A stretch of 64,000 bases of DNA, taken from Euprymna scolopes. Taxonomy: Eukaryota. The stretch's first letter is position 1. Every line of letters begins with the position of its first letter. The position numbers were made by a program, and so were the translations under genes. Location of the stretch: the NCBI GenBank assembly GCA_053919585.1, contig CM132799.1. The stretch is one strand, 5' to 3'. The notes under the pieces were generated by a model. It was not told where the DNA came from. It saw nothing but the letters and a program-made list of their open reading frames with translations, and did no database searches. Positions 1 to 14,233 of this stretch are shown in pieces.

Positions 1-1639
1 AATTTGCTAATGAAAAAAAAAGTAATGTTTGTGCGATAAATAATTCGTTCAGTTCTAAATAAATTCAAATCAATGAAATCATGAAAAAACAAAGCAAAAA
101 AAAAAAAAAAAAAAATGAAAGATATTTATTGACTAATTGGTTTCCCAAAGAAAATAATTACATTCAGTAAAAAAAAAAAAAAAAAAATCCACTGTTTTGC
201 TTTGGAAGCATGAATTTTTTACACAACTTTCTAGCTTCATATTTGTGTTTAGTAAAAAAGTATATAAAAAAATCATTGAAATTATCTAATAAAATTTGAA
301 ATAAGTTTATAAAATGTATCCAAAACAAAATTATCCTAAAGATTATGCATTTTTCTTAGCATTAGAAGAAATCTTTCCAGATGAAAGCAATGTTTAATTT
401 GTTTAAATAGTGAAATTTTCCACAAGTAATTGTAAATAGCAGAAAGGTGAACAGCTATTATATTATTATTACAGCAAAAAATAGTATTCTCTGACAAATA
501 ATCCAAGCAAACATTTATGTTAAGGCATTTTTTAATCATTATAATGGCTGTTTTTAATAATTTGGGATCCAATACAGAATATTTACAGATAAAATTTTAT
601 TTGATCCAAGTATTACTATATTATATATATCATTATATTTTGTTTTGAAAGCATGAATTATCACAAGTCATAACTTTCTAGCTACATATTTGTGATCTGC
701 TTGTGTTATTAAAAAAAAAGTATAAAAGAAAATATAGCATCAAAATTTGAAATGAGTTTATGGAACTGTAAAATTGCTTATTTCAGAAAGTTAGAAGTGG
801 ATATGAAGACAAAAAACTGACAAATGAACTTGCTTTCTACGATGATGATGATGATTAAAATCTGGTTACCCAAAAGTTTCAAGCAGCTGGAATAGCAGAA
901 TTATATTCCCCGAATCTGTAATGTAGTGGTGCATTAACATTATTTCTCTTTTAAACAAAGAACCTGGTGATTTGGGTAGCAGGTAGAGTAGATAATTTGA
1001 AGTAGGTAAAAATGTTACTTTCTCTTTTGAAGTTTTATTTATAAGAGTCAAATTTCCTGGATAAAACATGACAAATAATGAAAGCATGGAAAATTAATGC
1101 ATGATTTCTGGAAACCTCCATAAAAACTTAGATTAATTGCTTAGAAGAATAGTTTAGTATATGAAATGGTGGATTATATTTCTGTAATGTCTGACGTTTC
1201 AGGGGAAAATCAACATTATTTTATTATATAAAAGAAGATTATACCCCCTCCCCACCACCATGGTTCGGCCTTTCATATAGTTGAAAAAAGTCCAAATACT
1301 GAAAAACTTTGAATTAGTGTCTGATACATAGGGTTTAAATTTCATTAAGATTAGATATACATATTTTAAGTTTTAAGGAAGTTTCTTTCCCCATGGGTTA
1401 CTTAGAGGTGGGGGTATGTAAGATATAACAGAATTGGGACCACTTTTATTGTTTTTTGTCAGAAAATTTTATACATATGATCTAAATTCCATAAAAATAG
1501 GATATATTTGAAGTTTTAAGGGGATTATGTACTCATAGCCCCCTCACTGGAGTGTACTGAGAAATTTGAGGACATTTCCATTGTCTTCTCCAGTAAATTT
1601 TACACTTTAGATTATATCACCTTTTCCTCTCTCTATCTC

Positions 1640-1698
<59 letters not shown>

Positions 1699-1757
1699 AG
1701 TTAATATCTTTTTATCAAACTCCTAGGGTTTTGGAAATGCACCCTGTTAATTATATA

Positions 1758-2815
1758 CAGGGGGTGTAAGATAAATTTGATAATTTTTAGAAAGGAAATA
1801 AAATAGTTACATCTTGACCAATAATTGATGTATTCTCAAAATTCAAAATACACCTTAGAGGAACTTTTTCCATATATAATTCTCTCAGAGAATCTATCCT
1901 AAGCCTTCACCAGAACCTCTTTCATTCAAGCCCTGAACATGAAGCATGTGGCCTTCAGTGTCCTTCGTGAAACACCTGAATACCAGTTTGATCCTAGCAA
2001 TCAGACTGACAGTCACTCCATTTTTTTTTAATTTTTTTTTTTTAGGATAACTTGTTCTCTGTGCAGTTCTAGAAGGTGCATCCTCTTAGGCTTTAACTTT
2101 TTGCCTTTTGACAAGGGGTTAGTTCATTGCTAATTGCCCGAGAAGTCTCTACTGGGAATGCTGAGTTGGTTGCCCTGACAATTTTTGTTTGGCCAGATTA
2201 CTCTTCTATAAGAGCACTAACTTCAGATTCCACTTTCCCGATCTTGTCACATCTTCCCACCATGGAAGGAAAATAAATAAAACCTCATTCTTAGTATTGC
2301 AGGTGGTACAGTTTGTGCCTTTAATTGCACCCCAGACATGAGGTTGCAATCAGATGAGTTGGTAGCGGGACAGATATTGTAACTGGGAAGATCAAATTTC
2401 TTAGACAACCACTTCTGTATTTTTGCAGAGGTGTGATACCGAGCTGATTCTTGCTGCCACGAATATGGCTTTCCCTGTAGCTGCTCTTTCCAACCAGCAT
2501 TTGACAATAGTGGACAGCCAATGCAATATAGCCATCTGAATTTTTAAACAGGTGGAATGACATGATGTGACCCAATGTATTCAATGAGAACTAAGATGTA
2601 GCCAAAATTTCCAAATTTTGTTAATCTAGCACGATCATCATGATGCAGATTACTCTATTTCAGTGCTTTCCGATCATCCATGGTTTTAGGGTCGCAAACC
2701 CAGCAATAATACATAGAAACAAATATCTGTTGCATTTTCCTGCCGTTAAATTATTCATGTGATCTTGAAATGGAAAAATAGAAAAAAGTTAATCAAATTT
2801 ATTCTGAGTACCGTG
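1758..2815 (-). mobile_element. Degenerate Tc1/mariner-superfamily transposon relic
   Basis: ORF 2247-2507 has WQQESARYHTSAKIQKWL...NSSDCN, resembling QQDSAPAH...SPDLNP. Diverged TIRs: ta|cagggggtgtaagataaatttgat and atcaaatttattctgagtaccgtg. Confidence 0.65.
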
Positions 2816-3447
2816 TTTATTCTAAAAACTGAAAAAAAAATTAAATAATTATATTTCATTATTCATTATAGGGATTACAATATTATGGGGTCTTCATTTT
2901 TGCTTGGCATTCATACAAAGAAATATCTTCAACTTTATTTTTCATTTAAAAATTATAGTAATTAAATACCAGCTATATTTCAAAAGGACTAAAGACAATA
3001 AATTTACTCAAATTTATTTCAATTAACATGACTTTATATCTAATCGTCCCCCCTCTTATCCGAATAATGTTGAGTACATCTTTGGACAATATCCTAAAAA
3101 TTGAATATCATAAAATGCAAAAAGTAATGAGTTAACATGGTGTTGTAAACTTGCTGCAAAACGATATAGAATTCCTTACTCAGTGCTGGGCAAAAGCGGG
3201 TTTTCTTGTTTATAAATGAAATAAAGTAAAACAACTTCAATGAATGCAAACCCTAATATAAAAATTAATACTATTATTTGATTCCACAAAAATCTTACTG
3301 TGAAAATTGGTTAATCTTTGTATTGAGCTTTGGTTTTTTTTTTTTTTTTGCATCACTAAACTGACACCTTGCAAAGATATTTTTGTAATTGCTTGATAAA
3401 TTCCCATTTATTGAAAGTCATAAAAAAAATGTTACATGTAAAAAGTA

Positions 3448-3676
3448 GCATTTTGATTGGTGCAACAGACGTTTGTATTGAACGGCATTTTGGTTGGTGC
3501 GACATGCGTTTGTATTGAACAGCATTTTGATTGGTGCAACATGCGTTTGTGTTGAACGGCATTTTGATAAGTGTGACAGGGCTCTGTATGGAACGGCATT
3601 TTGATAGGTGCAACAGGGCTCTGTATGGAACGGCATTTTGATCGGTGTGACACGGCTCGGTATTGAAAAGCATTTT
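3448..3676. repeat. 37-bp minisatellite, about 6 copies (gcattttgattggtgcaacatgcgtttgtattgaacg)
   Basis: Direct tandem units read from sequence. Explains the three overlapping repetitive ORFs at 3356-3752. Confidence 0.92.
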
Positions 3677-6654
3677 CAGATGTATTCTTAAAATTTTGTA
3701 AGAGTATTTTCCCATTGTGGTATATTTTGTTATGATACATCTTCTCAGGCATAACTTTTTCCTTTTTTGGAATGTGTGTAGTACTTGTTGTTATATCATC
3801 CTCTCCGGTATTACCTCCTGCTTTGTGGAGTTAGTGTAATATATGTATGTTCAACATATATATTAGCAAAATTATGTGACTTGGGGAACATTATTTGCTA
3901 GTATAAGAAATTGCAATAGATTTTTTTGAAATAGGAATATTAACTATTCTGTTTCACCACTTGATTTAAACAAGTTTTAAAAAATGAAAGTTTTTTTTTT
4001 TTTTTTTTTTCGATGTGAACGCCCTTAATGTTATTATCTTTTAAGAAATGTTTATTCTTGGATGTCAATCCTTTGATTTTTGCCAATATTAACCCATGTA
4101 CATTTGTTATTAGGCTTATTTATTAAAGAAAAAAAAATTGCACAAGATTTTTATTGCATGAGAAAGATGTAATTTTCCAAATCTATCTCTTTTGGCAAGC
4201 TAATTTCATAGTGTTATTTGTTCTTCTCTTCGTAATTACAAACTATGGCAAATAGCAGAACCTATTGTGAAGATTTGATGTCATCTTTGTTAGTTGAAAT
4301 TGAGTTGCTAGAGTCCGAACAAAGTCATTGCTTTAGGAGTGTGAACCGGTCAGGCTTTTTAAATCTCAGAAATCTGCGTCAAATTTAGACAGCAAGCATA
4401 GTATTTAATGCAATCAAAAACATTTGTAAATGCTGAGAGAAACTTTATATTTTGTCACTTAATGGAGTATATGTAAGATTTTTCTGTTTGTTCAAAATAT
4501 TTTGTAAAAAACACATTTTTGAATGTTACTTTATGCTGGCTCAGTCAAAATATTAGGCCAGTTTTTGGCTGGCAATGAAAAATTCTAGAATATTGTGCAC
4601 TTAGATTTAGGACAGGGTAGTCATAAATTACTACTTGGATTACCGACACTTTAGCACTGTTCTTGATGTATCAACTTAAAAAAAAAAGTGGAATCTTTTA
4701 GATTTTGTTTATTAAAGACAAACAAAAAATAGTCAATTCAGAGGGCTTTGAAAAGCATTTCCATCCTTTTTAAAATCAACTGTCTCTATATTTGTTAGGT
4801 TATATATACGCTACTAGTTGTATTTATCTGGCATTGACCACCTCTGTATTTACTTGCATTTTTGTTTCAATATATTTTTTGTTTCAATCATAGAGAAGTG
4901 ACTCTACATAGATGAATACAGTTACGCCTCTGCCCTCTGAATCAAGTTTGTTTTACTCGATCAATAGATAAAAAAAAAAGTACTTTTTTTTTTTTTTTTT
5001 TTTTTTTTAGTGTTAGTTAGACTGATGTTTCTGATAGAAGTTGAAGACTGTGACCAAATCAGGATAGACATGTTTTGATAATTTATGTTTCACAGTTTCG
5101 TTTTTGTGCATTAATATAAACTGTAATTTGATACTGTTCTGGGTTATTTCACATTAAAAACTTTCTTTAATCTGATAGAATTCAATTGTGATCTCAAAAC
5201 GATAAGTCTTATATTTGAGTTATATAGGAAGTTATTTTAAGGATATCCTTTTAAAGATTATCAATTGGCCAATTCAAAGCTAGTAGTGAAATTCATTTAA
5301 GTAATAGAATAAATAATGCAATAATGAACCAGAAATTTTAAATTTATATTACTTGCATGTTTTGAACTGTTGTCATCATCTTGGTTATTCTGTTCACAAT
5401 GGTTTTGCTGGCACTTAATCTAGACATATTAAAGATATTCTATGTGGAGGTTATGAATTCAATCTCTGTTGAAGGAACTCCAGAAAAATTTAACTGATAT
5501 GTGATATCTAAAAAAACCTGAAAAGTGAGTGTCATTTATGTCAGGATTAAATAAAGGATTCAGTTTGAAATTCTTAGGTTATTAAGAAATAGCAACTGAA
5601 GAAGGCTGGAAAGTGCAATGGTTCGAATGTGAACATGAAGACATCCTGTAGGTAAAAAAAAAAAAATCATTGGTAGCAAATACAATGCTATTATCATTGG
5701 TTTTAAACAGTTTTTTTTTTTTTTTTTTTTTTTTTGTTGGAAAATCGGATGGAGCCAACTCTAAGTGATCAAGTCACAGTCTCTCATAACAATCATTGAA
5801 ATTGCGAACGTGAGTACTGATAGTGTCGCTCATTTAAAAATAGTCAACAAAAACTGCATTTTATATCTCCCAAAAGTTGGGGCATCATCTTCCATGTAAA
5901 TGAAACGACTAGTCTTTTTTAAAACAAGTGAGGAGGTTTAATGCAAAACTCATTTTGGCTCAGAAACATTCATAGAAACAAATGAGTATATCTGCTTCAA
6001 ACATTGTCAGTTTTCACTGTTATATAATCGGTGCCAGGTATGTCAGAAGACGTGTCATTGAACGAAAACTGTATTCATGCCAAGTTCATTGTACAGAATA
6101 TTCTCAACTCACTTGATATGGTAATAGCATTGGTTATTTCATTATCAATTTGTGGTGAATCAATGTTTTTCTTCCTGGTTATTGCCGGTCATTCAGGTTT
6201 TGGGTGTTTATCTTCAAGGCACTTCCTTTCTTTTCAGCTGCCCCAATTCTTCCACTGTTTCTACAGTAGTGGTTCTCAAATTTTATACAATCTAGATACT
6301 TACACTAGTACAGATATTTGATAGAGTACTGTGTATACAAAATAGAACTAATGCTATTTAGTTAGCTGTTAAATATTTATAAAAAATAATGCATAACAAA
6401 ACAAAAGAAATCTTATATCTCATTTCTTTATTAATGAGAAACATGAGATTTCAATAGTTTTATATTTCGGAGACAAACTCTCATTTCCTCATTAATGCAC
6501 TGAAGAGTTCCCCTCTTTTTACATTTGTTGCAAAGATTAAAAATCCCAGTTATAGGGTGGAAAATTACAATAAAATAGTGTTTTTTTTTTTTTAAATTTT
6601 TTTATCAACACATTCTTTTTTGATTGAAAAAGCTTCAAAAGGTGAGCTGTTCAC

Positions 6655-7270
6655 TTTTTTTTTTTTTTTTACAGAGTAATAACCACTTATCAAGGACTGG
6701 AGGCAACTCCAGGATAAGGGTTAATGAGTGTACAGTAGTCAATATCCAGATGTCGTAATCATTAATGTAAATTTGGTAAATTGGATTACTTGAGGGGATG
6801 GCTCATCAAGAAATTGTTCACGTTTAACTTGAAGACGACCATATTGTAGTCAGTTAGAAAGTAAAAAAAACAGAACGGAGTTTCGCAGGTGTGCAATTCT
6901 AAGAAAGAACCTTTGTTCACAGAATCTATGTTAGGTTTAGGCACAGATAATGAGTGGGGGAAAATGTTTTTCGTGAAAGTCAGGCCAAAGGGACCATAGA
7001 TTGGAGCTCAGACAAGCACTTAGCATGAAAATAATGATAAAGCAGAGACAGGCTTGCAACATCTCTTCTGTGGAAAAGAGGTTGCAGAGAAGAGAAAAGG
7101 GCATCCCCCACTAGGCTACAAAGTCTTTTGAACTCTGTCAAGGCAGGATAAGCTGTTTCTAGCAGCTCCTGCCCAGATGTGGCAACAATACTCCATCCTT
7201 GGGAACATTATAAGAAGGCCACTGTTCACTTACTCTTTTTTTTAGCTTGGACATGGCACTGTCACCAACC
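6655..7270 (-). mobile_element. CR1/L2-group LINE 3' fragment (diverged) with poly-A tail
   Basis: Minus strand encodes PRMEYCCHIWAGAARNSLSCLDRVQK, homologous to the other LINE copies. Poly-T at about 6655-6670 on the + strand. Confidence 0.75.
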
Positions 7271-7474
7271 CTCACAGTTCTCGTGGGATGCAACAAAAAA
7301 CTAACTGAGCCATTTGTCCCTGGGTTTGACTTTGACAAGAAGCCCCAAGTATCCGACACACATGGACTTAGTGTAACACACACACCCGCATACAAATCTA
7401 CGTACAAACAAGACATTCAAACTTTCTTATATGAACTGTTTTCTCTTCCCTACTAACAACATTCCACACCACAT

Positions 7475-7576
7475 GGACTTTATAACCTTTTGTTTTCGTT
7501 CATACTCCGGACTTTATAACCTTTTGTTTTCGTTCATACTCCGGACTTTATAACCTTTTGTTTTCGTTCATACTCC
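7475..7576. repeat. 34-bp perfect tandem triplicate (ggactttataaccttttgttttcgttcatactcc)
   Basis: Three identical units read directly. Confidence 0.93.
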
Positions 7577-8399
7577 TGGAAGTATTCGTGTAGAAATACC
7601 CTTCTCTTTCTATTCCCGTTTATTCACATTATAACAAAGATGACTCAATAAAGTTGTGAGACTTTGTCTTTCTATTCTACATATCAATGTTAATTATTCT
7701 GAAACTTGTAAAAGACACAATACTCCTGATGGCAATTCACAACACATAACACGTCTGCTCACCAGCACCTCTTACGCAACACTGCTAGTTTCTACGTAAC
7801 AAAAGCTAATTCCATTCCAGCCAAGTTTGTTACGTTCTTTAAATGTATGCAAAATTTGCTGGCCAGAAACTAGTTACAAGAAAAAGTAACTTATAATTAT
7901 CATAATAATATCGCAACAAAATGGTGTTTGTAAAGAAATGATATAATATATTAACTTTGTATGCATTTGCTTTTGTATATCTGGATAAATATTTTCAGGA
8001 AACCTGAAAAAACGCCTGAGTGGCCCAATGCGCCTAGGTGCACTGTTTGACAACCACAGCATTAATGTAACAATCATGTTATGAATATCCTTGCAGCTGT
8101 TTGATAACAGAACAATGTCAAATTTTCCAGAGAAATTGCTAAAAGTTATGTTGGAAGTTTCTTTTGAAGAGTCAAATATCAGTTTACCTGGAAAAAAACC
8201 CAATACAACTATTAATTAAAAAAGGTGAAATTAATACGTGCATGATTTCACAGCTTGTTGCATCTTTTTGTTTTACTGCTGCTGCATTTTATATATGGAC
8301 AATTAGCATTTATCACGTGTGTAAATTACTTTCTGCATTCCAAGGGTTTTCTTTAAGATTTAAGCTATTTTCAGCATTACCATCTGTTGCATTGTCTTA

Positions 8400-10190
8400 A
8401 TCTTCCCCTTGATTTCTCTTAGCCTTTTTTCCAAGTTCTTTGGGACTGTTCCTAATGCCCCTGTATCTGCATGTCCCAAAAGATTTTGTAGTTTTCGTTT
8501 TCCAGTACAGTCATCAATTTGTGTTTGAACCATTTGTCTGTATGTTCGAGTTTAATTGGCTGCATTTACTTATTAGGTGATTTATCATTTCATTTCTTTC
8601 TCCAGTCTACAGTTACTTTTTTCCATTGTTTTATCTATTTTAGCTTTAATGTAGTTCTAATTGCTTTGTTCTTTACAACTGTTAGTAGAGATGCTGTTTC
8701 TCTGTTCATGTGTCCTTTTCTTAGCCATGTCCAGATGTTTTTGTGATTCTTTTGTCATTCTGATGAATCTTCCATGTAGCGCCTTCTCTTCCCACTTTTT
8801 TTTCTTGTCTTTTTTTTTTCATTTTCTGTATTGTCCTTGGTGGTGTTTCTTGCTGCAGTGATCAATCTTTCCTTGTTCTGATTATGTACTTTTCCAAGTC
8901 TTTTACTCAGTCTTCAACATTTCTTGGTCTTCTTTCTCCTTCATTATTTTTCACATAAAATTGATCCGTATTGTCTTTTGGATGTAATACATTGTCATTA
9001 GTTTCCTCGTCTTCTGATCAAGATGCCTAAGTTCTTATTTGGTCCAACCTATGAATGGTCCAAAATAGTTTATTAACACTACTACCCAGGTGTTTATTCC
9101 TTTAAATTTCTACTGTATAGTTTAGTTTCTCTGAGTTCTTCTCAGATACTCTTTTTCAATCTTCTCTTTCATTTCTGTAGATTTAATGGTATCTGCTTCC
9201 AAAACACCTTGTCATCTTCACCAAGCACCCTCATCTCCTCTTAATTGGGTAATTCCATACTTTTAAAGGCTATAGTTTTCCCCTTTTCATCCCTAGTAGT
9301 GCATATTTCCATTTCAAATTCCATTTCATTGACCTAACTGAATATTCTGGTCAACTTTTCTAGTTTCTTTTTCTTTTTTGCAAACTGTTCCGGGTCATAC
9401 ATATACATGAGATCGTTTATTCTCTGTACTGTGTTTGTAAACCTGTATCCGGCATCACATTTCCTAAGTATGTAGTTGAGTGACATGATAAACAGTAGTG
9501 GTGATAGTGAGTCTCCTTGGAAGATGTTTCTTTGTATTCTTATTTCAATCAGGTGTTGTCCTCCAGCTGTCAATTCCAGTCTCCATGCTTCTATTGCTTT
9601 CTTAATAATATTAATAATCTTGTCAGATATTTTGAACATTCTTAGACCTTCAATTATCCATGCTTATGGGATTTTATCATAGGCTTTTTTGTAATCAATC
9701 CATCCCACTGCTGTGCTCTTTTCCTGCTTTTTACCTCGTTCAAGATCTTTTGATCTATGTATAATAAATTGTGTGTCCCTCCTTTTCCCATCCGACATCC
9801 TTTTTGTTCCTCAAGTAGTAATCCATAAGTGTTAAAGGAGTAGTAAATCTATTTACTCAGTTGTGCTGTTAAAATTTTTTACATGGCTGGTAAGCAGATT
9901 ATTGGCCTGTAGTTGCTTGGGGTTGTCTCCCTTTTCAGCGTCTTTTTGTATTAACATGGTTCTTCCTTTGGTCATCCATTCTAGTACTTCCGCTTTGCAG
10001 ATACAGTTTCTCAAACTTTGCACCACTATGTAGTGTCGTAAATTTTTTGAACCAGTATACATGTTTCCCATTATGGTTTGGTGCTTTCCATTTTGCCATT
10101 TTCCTTAGGGTTGTCTTTAGCATTTCTTCATTAATTTCTATTTCTCTTCTTTCTTCAATTTCCTGGAGTACATTTTTCATGTTTTTATTA
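8400..10190 (-). mobile_element. R4/Dong-like (RLE-type) non-LTR retrotransposon RT fragment, frameshifted
   Basis: Motifs WKAPNHNG...YWFKKFT, EWMTKGRTMLIQKD, WIDYKKAYD, RNIFQGDSLSPLLF, LMYMYD and KWEEKALHGRF across broken frames. Confidence 0.85.
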
Positions 10191-11448
10191 TTTAATATAA
10201 TTTCCAAATTAATAAAAAATTTAAAAAAAAAATCTTTTAGATAAGAATTGATAATTTAGATACTATTCTTAGTTGTTATTTTTGCAGCATTTTAGGGGCA
10301 TCTTTTCGAATTTGGAAATTGTCAAATTCTGTAACTTCTACAGACTTTTGAACCTTTTGATCCACAGTTGGATTGTTCTGTTTTCTCAGTCACGATCGTA
10401 TGGAAGTGCTAATTACGTTGTTTTTAGTTATGATTACTGGTAGTGAGGATTGGACGGTCAATTACCAGAGGACTTATTTAAAACTGATTGTTTACACTTT
10501 TTATTAGTTATGCCACATGTCCATGTGGCATAACTATGGTGAAATGTTGTAAAAATAACAACTAAGAGGACAATAATAAACCAAATAATTCAAAGAATAC
10601 AAAAAAAAAAATAAATAAATAAAACATTTGCTATTTATAAATGTCCAACACAAATACTTACTCGGTAATATTATTGTAAAATGAATACCACCATTGGATC
10701 CCTCATAGAATTTTAGTTGATTTTGGTATAGGGCTTTGTTTTTACATGCACTCCTGAACAGACAGACAAGTATTACAAGTAGATTTAGATAATTTATATA
10801 AAAAAAAATTACTTCTAATTTCCATACCATTTCAAATCCAATGTAAACAAATTCTTGTCGAATTGTCCTCTTAAATCAATGTCTGACCATTTACAACCAT
10901 TGCTGTCAACTCCATATAACCCTTATCCTCTAGTGGCCTTTGGGCCTTGAAAAGTGATGCCTTCTTTGTAACAAAAACAAAACAGGAAAACCTAAAGCAA
11001 TAACGTTTATGATATGATCTAAAACTAATATTTATCTTTGAAAAAGCATTTTCAGATAGCTTTATTTGATTTATTTGCAAAAAAAAAAAAATCTATTTTT
11101 GAATAATTGTTTATATGTCAACATTTTCATCTTCTAAATTGACTGAAATACTTCTGCATGATATCTTCTTGCATGTCGTGCTTTCAAACTATTTAGGACA
11201 TGTTCAATAATTACTTTGAAAGAAAAACCACTTGCTTCTCTGGTTATCTTCTTGAATAAATGATTTGAGATGGTTCAAATAAATCCCTTAACTTCTGTTA
11301 AATAACCTCTGTAGTGATGCATGTAATGCAGTTAACTGAATGACTGTATTATTAGTGGTCAGTAGTGATGATCATAGTTATATAACTTAGCCAATTCCAA
11401 AAATAACTATCCTTTTTCACTGTTATCGTCATTAAATCCATTTGCTAG

Positions 11449-11479
<31 letters not shown>

Positions 11480-11995
11480 ATTTGTTTGCCGACTGTAATC
11501 TGCCCTTTCTCTCTGGGGCACAACGTCTATTCAATGGCATTTCTTATCCGCTACTACCTAACATGCACTCACGCTGCACTAGATGTTCTTTGTATTTCTG
11601 GATATGAAACGTTTTTGTCAAAGATTGAGCAATCTTTTAATAGCTGGGGAAAACCAAATCATGAAACTAGATACTTTGCTCAGAGCAGCTGGACAAAAAT
11701 GTAAGTTTTCACTATGGATACGTTTTTCTTTTGTTAATGTATACTCAAAATTTGTCTCAATATGCACATATTTTCAGATAACTCTATGCTTTATAAGTTA
11801 TTTAATGATAGAATTTTTTTTTCCTAATATTTTCTGTGCTTGTAGATCACCTTCTAGTTGTCCATCATATTAATGGGAAAAGCATTGTTTTTCTCACTGC
11901 CAATTATTCTGTTATCATTGTCATGTTCTATTTAATGTCCATTTTAAATACTGGTATGTGTAAGATGGCTTTTAGAAGTTTACTTTCAAACTAAC

Positions 11996-12266
11996 TAGTC
12001 CTGGATATGACCTTAAACTATATCCAGTGGTGAGGTCCCAGCTTGCGGGCTTTGGGGAGTGTGGAGCCGCCCTTTAATTGCCATTGCTCCCAGGTCCACT
12101 CTGACTCGGAGTGGTAGTACCTGTTAGGGTCCCAACTATGGGTTAAATAGAAACCGACTTGAAAACAACAAATATATTCTATTAAAAAATTTTTCTTCAA
12201 AATCTTTGGATTTGGCATTAAATAACCTGAAAAGGGTTGATATGCCATAAAACAAAACAACCAACC
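11996..12266 (+). mobile_element. SINE-like retroelement copy 1 (about 270 bp)
   Basis: Near-identical to 23697-23979 and 54463-54725. TSD caaactaac at 11987-11995 and 12267-12275. (CAAC)-type tail. Confidence 0.9.
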
Positions 12267-13394
12267 CAAACTAACCTTTTTTCTGACTAGGTTTTCATTT
12301 ATCCTTCATCCTCTCAAGTTTCTTACCACTTCCTTCCATGTTTTACTTGGTATTCCCCATTGAACTGAAGCTGCTATTACAACTGTTTCTATGTCTACTA
12401 ACCAAAGAGCTGTCACAATTCTTTCAACATTGAAATCTTCTGCTCTGCACACATCTCCCTATATTTAGCATTACAAGTTGATTTTTTTTTCTTTTTAGAT
12501 AATTGTTATTTTATCAACTTGCATGAAAACAGCTATGTAAAAGATGCTTAAAACCGTTTGAATTATGCAAATACCATCAGTAGTTCAAAAGTTATGAGAA
12601 TTTCAAGTGCCAACGTGAACATTTTTCTTTAGAAAAAATGGGCTAAATTACGGACCTTACCATTTCAAGAAATTCAGTAATTTCGCCACCATTTATTTAT
12701 TTTTCAAGCTATTCTCATGAACTTGGTACTCTTATATAAAATTGTGTGCTCTTTCTGATTATGCAGTCAAATCCGATGTATCTCTTTACCATAAGCCATG
12801 AATTATAAATTCAGATGTACAAATTTCAATTTTTTTTTTTTAAACTGGCGCATGGTATCATACAGTGGGTGTCTATTTATGAACAAAACTAAGTATTATA
12901 GTGGTATTTAAATATAGCTTTATTGAGAATATGCATTTTCCTGCCTTCTCACCAAAGGAGAGCTTAATATTGGGTGTAGCCATTGAATGCCTAAAGAGCA
13001 TTCATGGCCGGTATTTACTACTCCGCTCAAAGAAAAAAAAATTAAGTAGATATGAATTTAATCTCAGAAATAAATCAAAGAAAATTTTTCATATAGATTT
13101 GGGATTTCTGTAAAAGATGGAAATTCTGATAGTCAACCAGAACTTATACATTTTGGGACCAGTCCAATTTTCAATTTTGTAAATCCTCTATCTGGCCCAA
13201 AATATACCCTTATTTTTTTGAGATGCAACCATAAATCGTACTCTACATGAATCCTTGATGCAACTTTCACAGTACCAGGATACCAGGAATCCTGATAAGC
13301 AACAACTATATATTCACCAGTTGATGGTAATTTTTGTCATTTCTATTCTGTTGTTTTACTGAAAATTCAACTATGTAAACAAAGAAATAAAACA

Positions 13395-13759
13395 GTAATT
13401 TTTTGCCTTGTTTCCACCTTAGCATTTAAAATGATTACTTCTATAGGTTTTAGTGTATGCTGAAAACGAATATCGCATTTAAATTTTCTGTAAATAAGTA
13501 GTTTCCGGATATTAAGCAATGCCATGTCTTAAGTTATCACTGGTGGCCATCTTGGTATGCGCAAGCGCGACCCCGAGAAACTATGCGCAAACGCCCATAC
13601 CAAGGTGGCCATCAGCAATAACGTAAGAAATGGCATTGTTTAATATTCAGACAGCTACTTATTTACAGAAAATTTAAATACGATATTCGTTTTCAGCATA
13701 CCCAAAAACCTTTAAAGATAGTCATTTTAAAACAAGGTGGAAACAAAGTAAAAATTTAC
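13395..13759. mobile_element. Fold-back MITE, about 170-bp imperfect inverted arms
   Basis: gtaattttttgccttgtttccacctt...tatgctgaaaacgaatatcg is mirrored by cgatattcgttttcagcata...aaggtggaaacaaagtaaaaatttac. Confidence 0.85.
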
Positions 13760-14133
13760 AAAATGCATCACAATGAAATTCTTTATCAAAATGCATAATT
13801 ATTATTATTATTTAGATATCCTCAGTTAAAAAAAAAAACTGGTTTGTTTTACAGATTCGAAAAAATTGTCTTCACAATGAGTTAAAAATAAATTCAAGTT
13901 TCACGATATCTTTTTTATTTAATTGTTAGGTGAAAGTACAGAATAGTTTGAAAAAAAACAAAAAAAAAAACCCTTTCTTCTCCATGTTAAGAATGGGTTT
14001 CTAAATAATAACGTTATTATTTTAGCATGGTAGCATAAGTGCACAAATAACTTTTATTTGTTATACATTGTTTTGTTTTTTTTAACCACTAAAAAACACA
14101 ATTCTACCTTAAGTACAAATAAGAAGTTAAACG

Positions 14134-14233
14134 CGTGTACTAAAAGCGTTAAAAAACAACAAAATGTACTAAATTTTGTTGTTTTTTAACGCTTTTAGTA
14201 CACGTGTACTAAAAGCGTTAAAAACAACAAAAT
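14134..14233. repeat. Direct-inverted-direct micro-triplication of a 32-bp unit
   Basis: cgtgtactaaaagcgttaaaaaacaacaaaat at 14134-14165, its reverse complement at 14173-14204, and direct again at 14203-14233. Confidence 0.88.

Noticed and set aside
3356-3752. Three overlapping repetitive Cys/His-rich ORFs; 37-bp repeats superficially CRISPR-sized
   Set aside because: Contiguous tandem units with no unique spacers, no cas genes and a eukaryotic context. The ORFs are translations of the minisatellite.
5596-5635. Hammerhead-like ctgaaga...cgaa motif (also a weaker one near 7636-7668)
   Set aside because: Core GAAA and stems are too degenerate to fold.
7874-8203. 109-aa minus-strand ORF and a possible + strand exon at about 7999-8037
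   Set aside because: No recognisable similarity to ORP9 or any domain; the donor site is poor.
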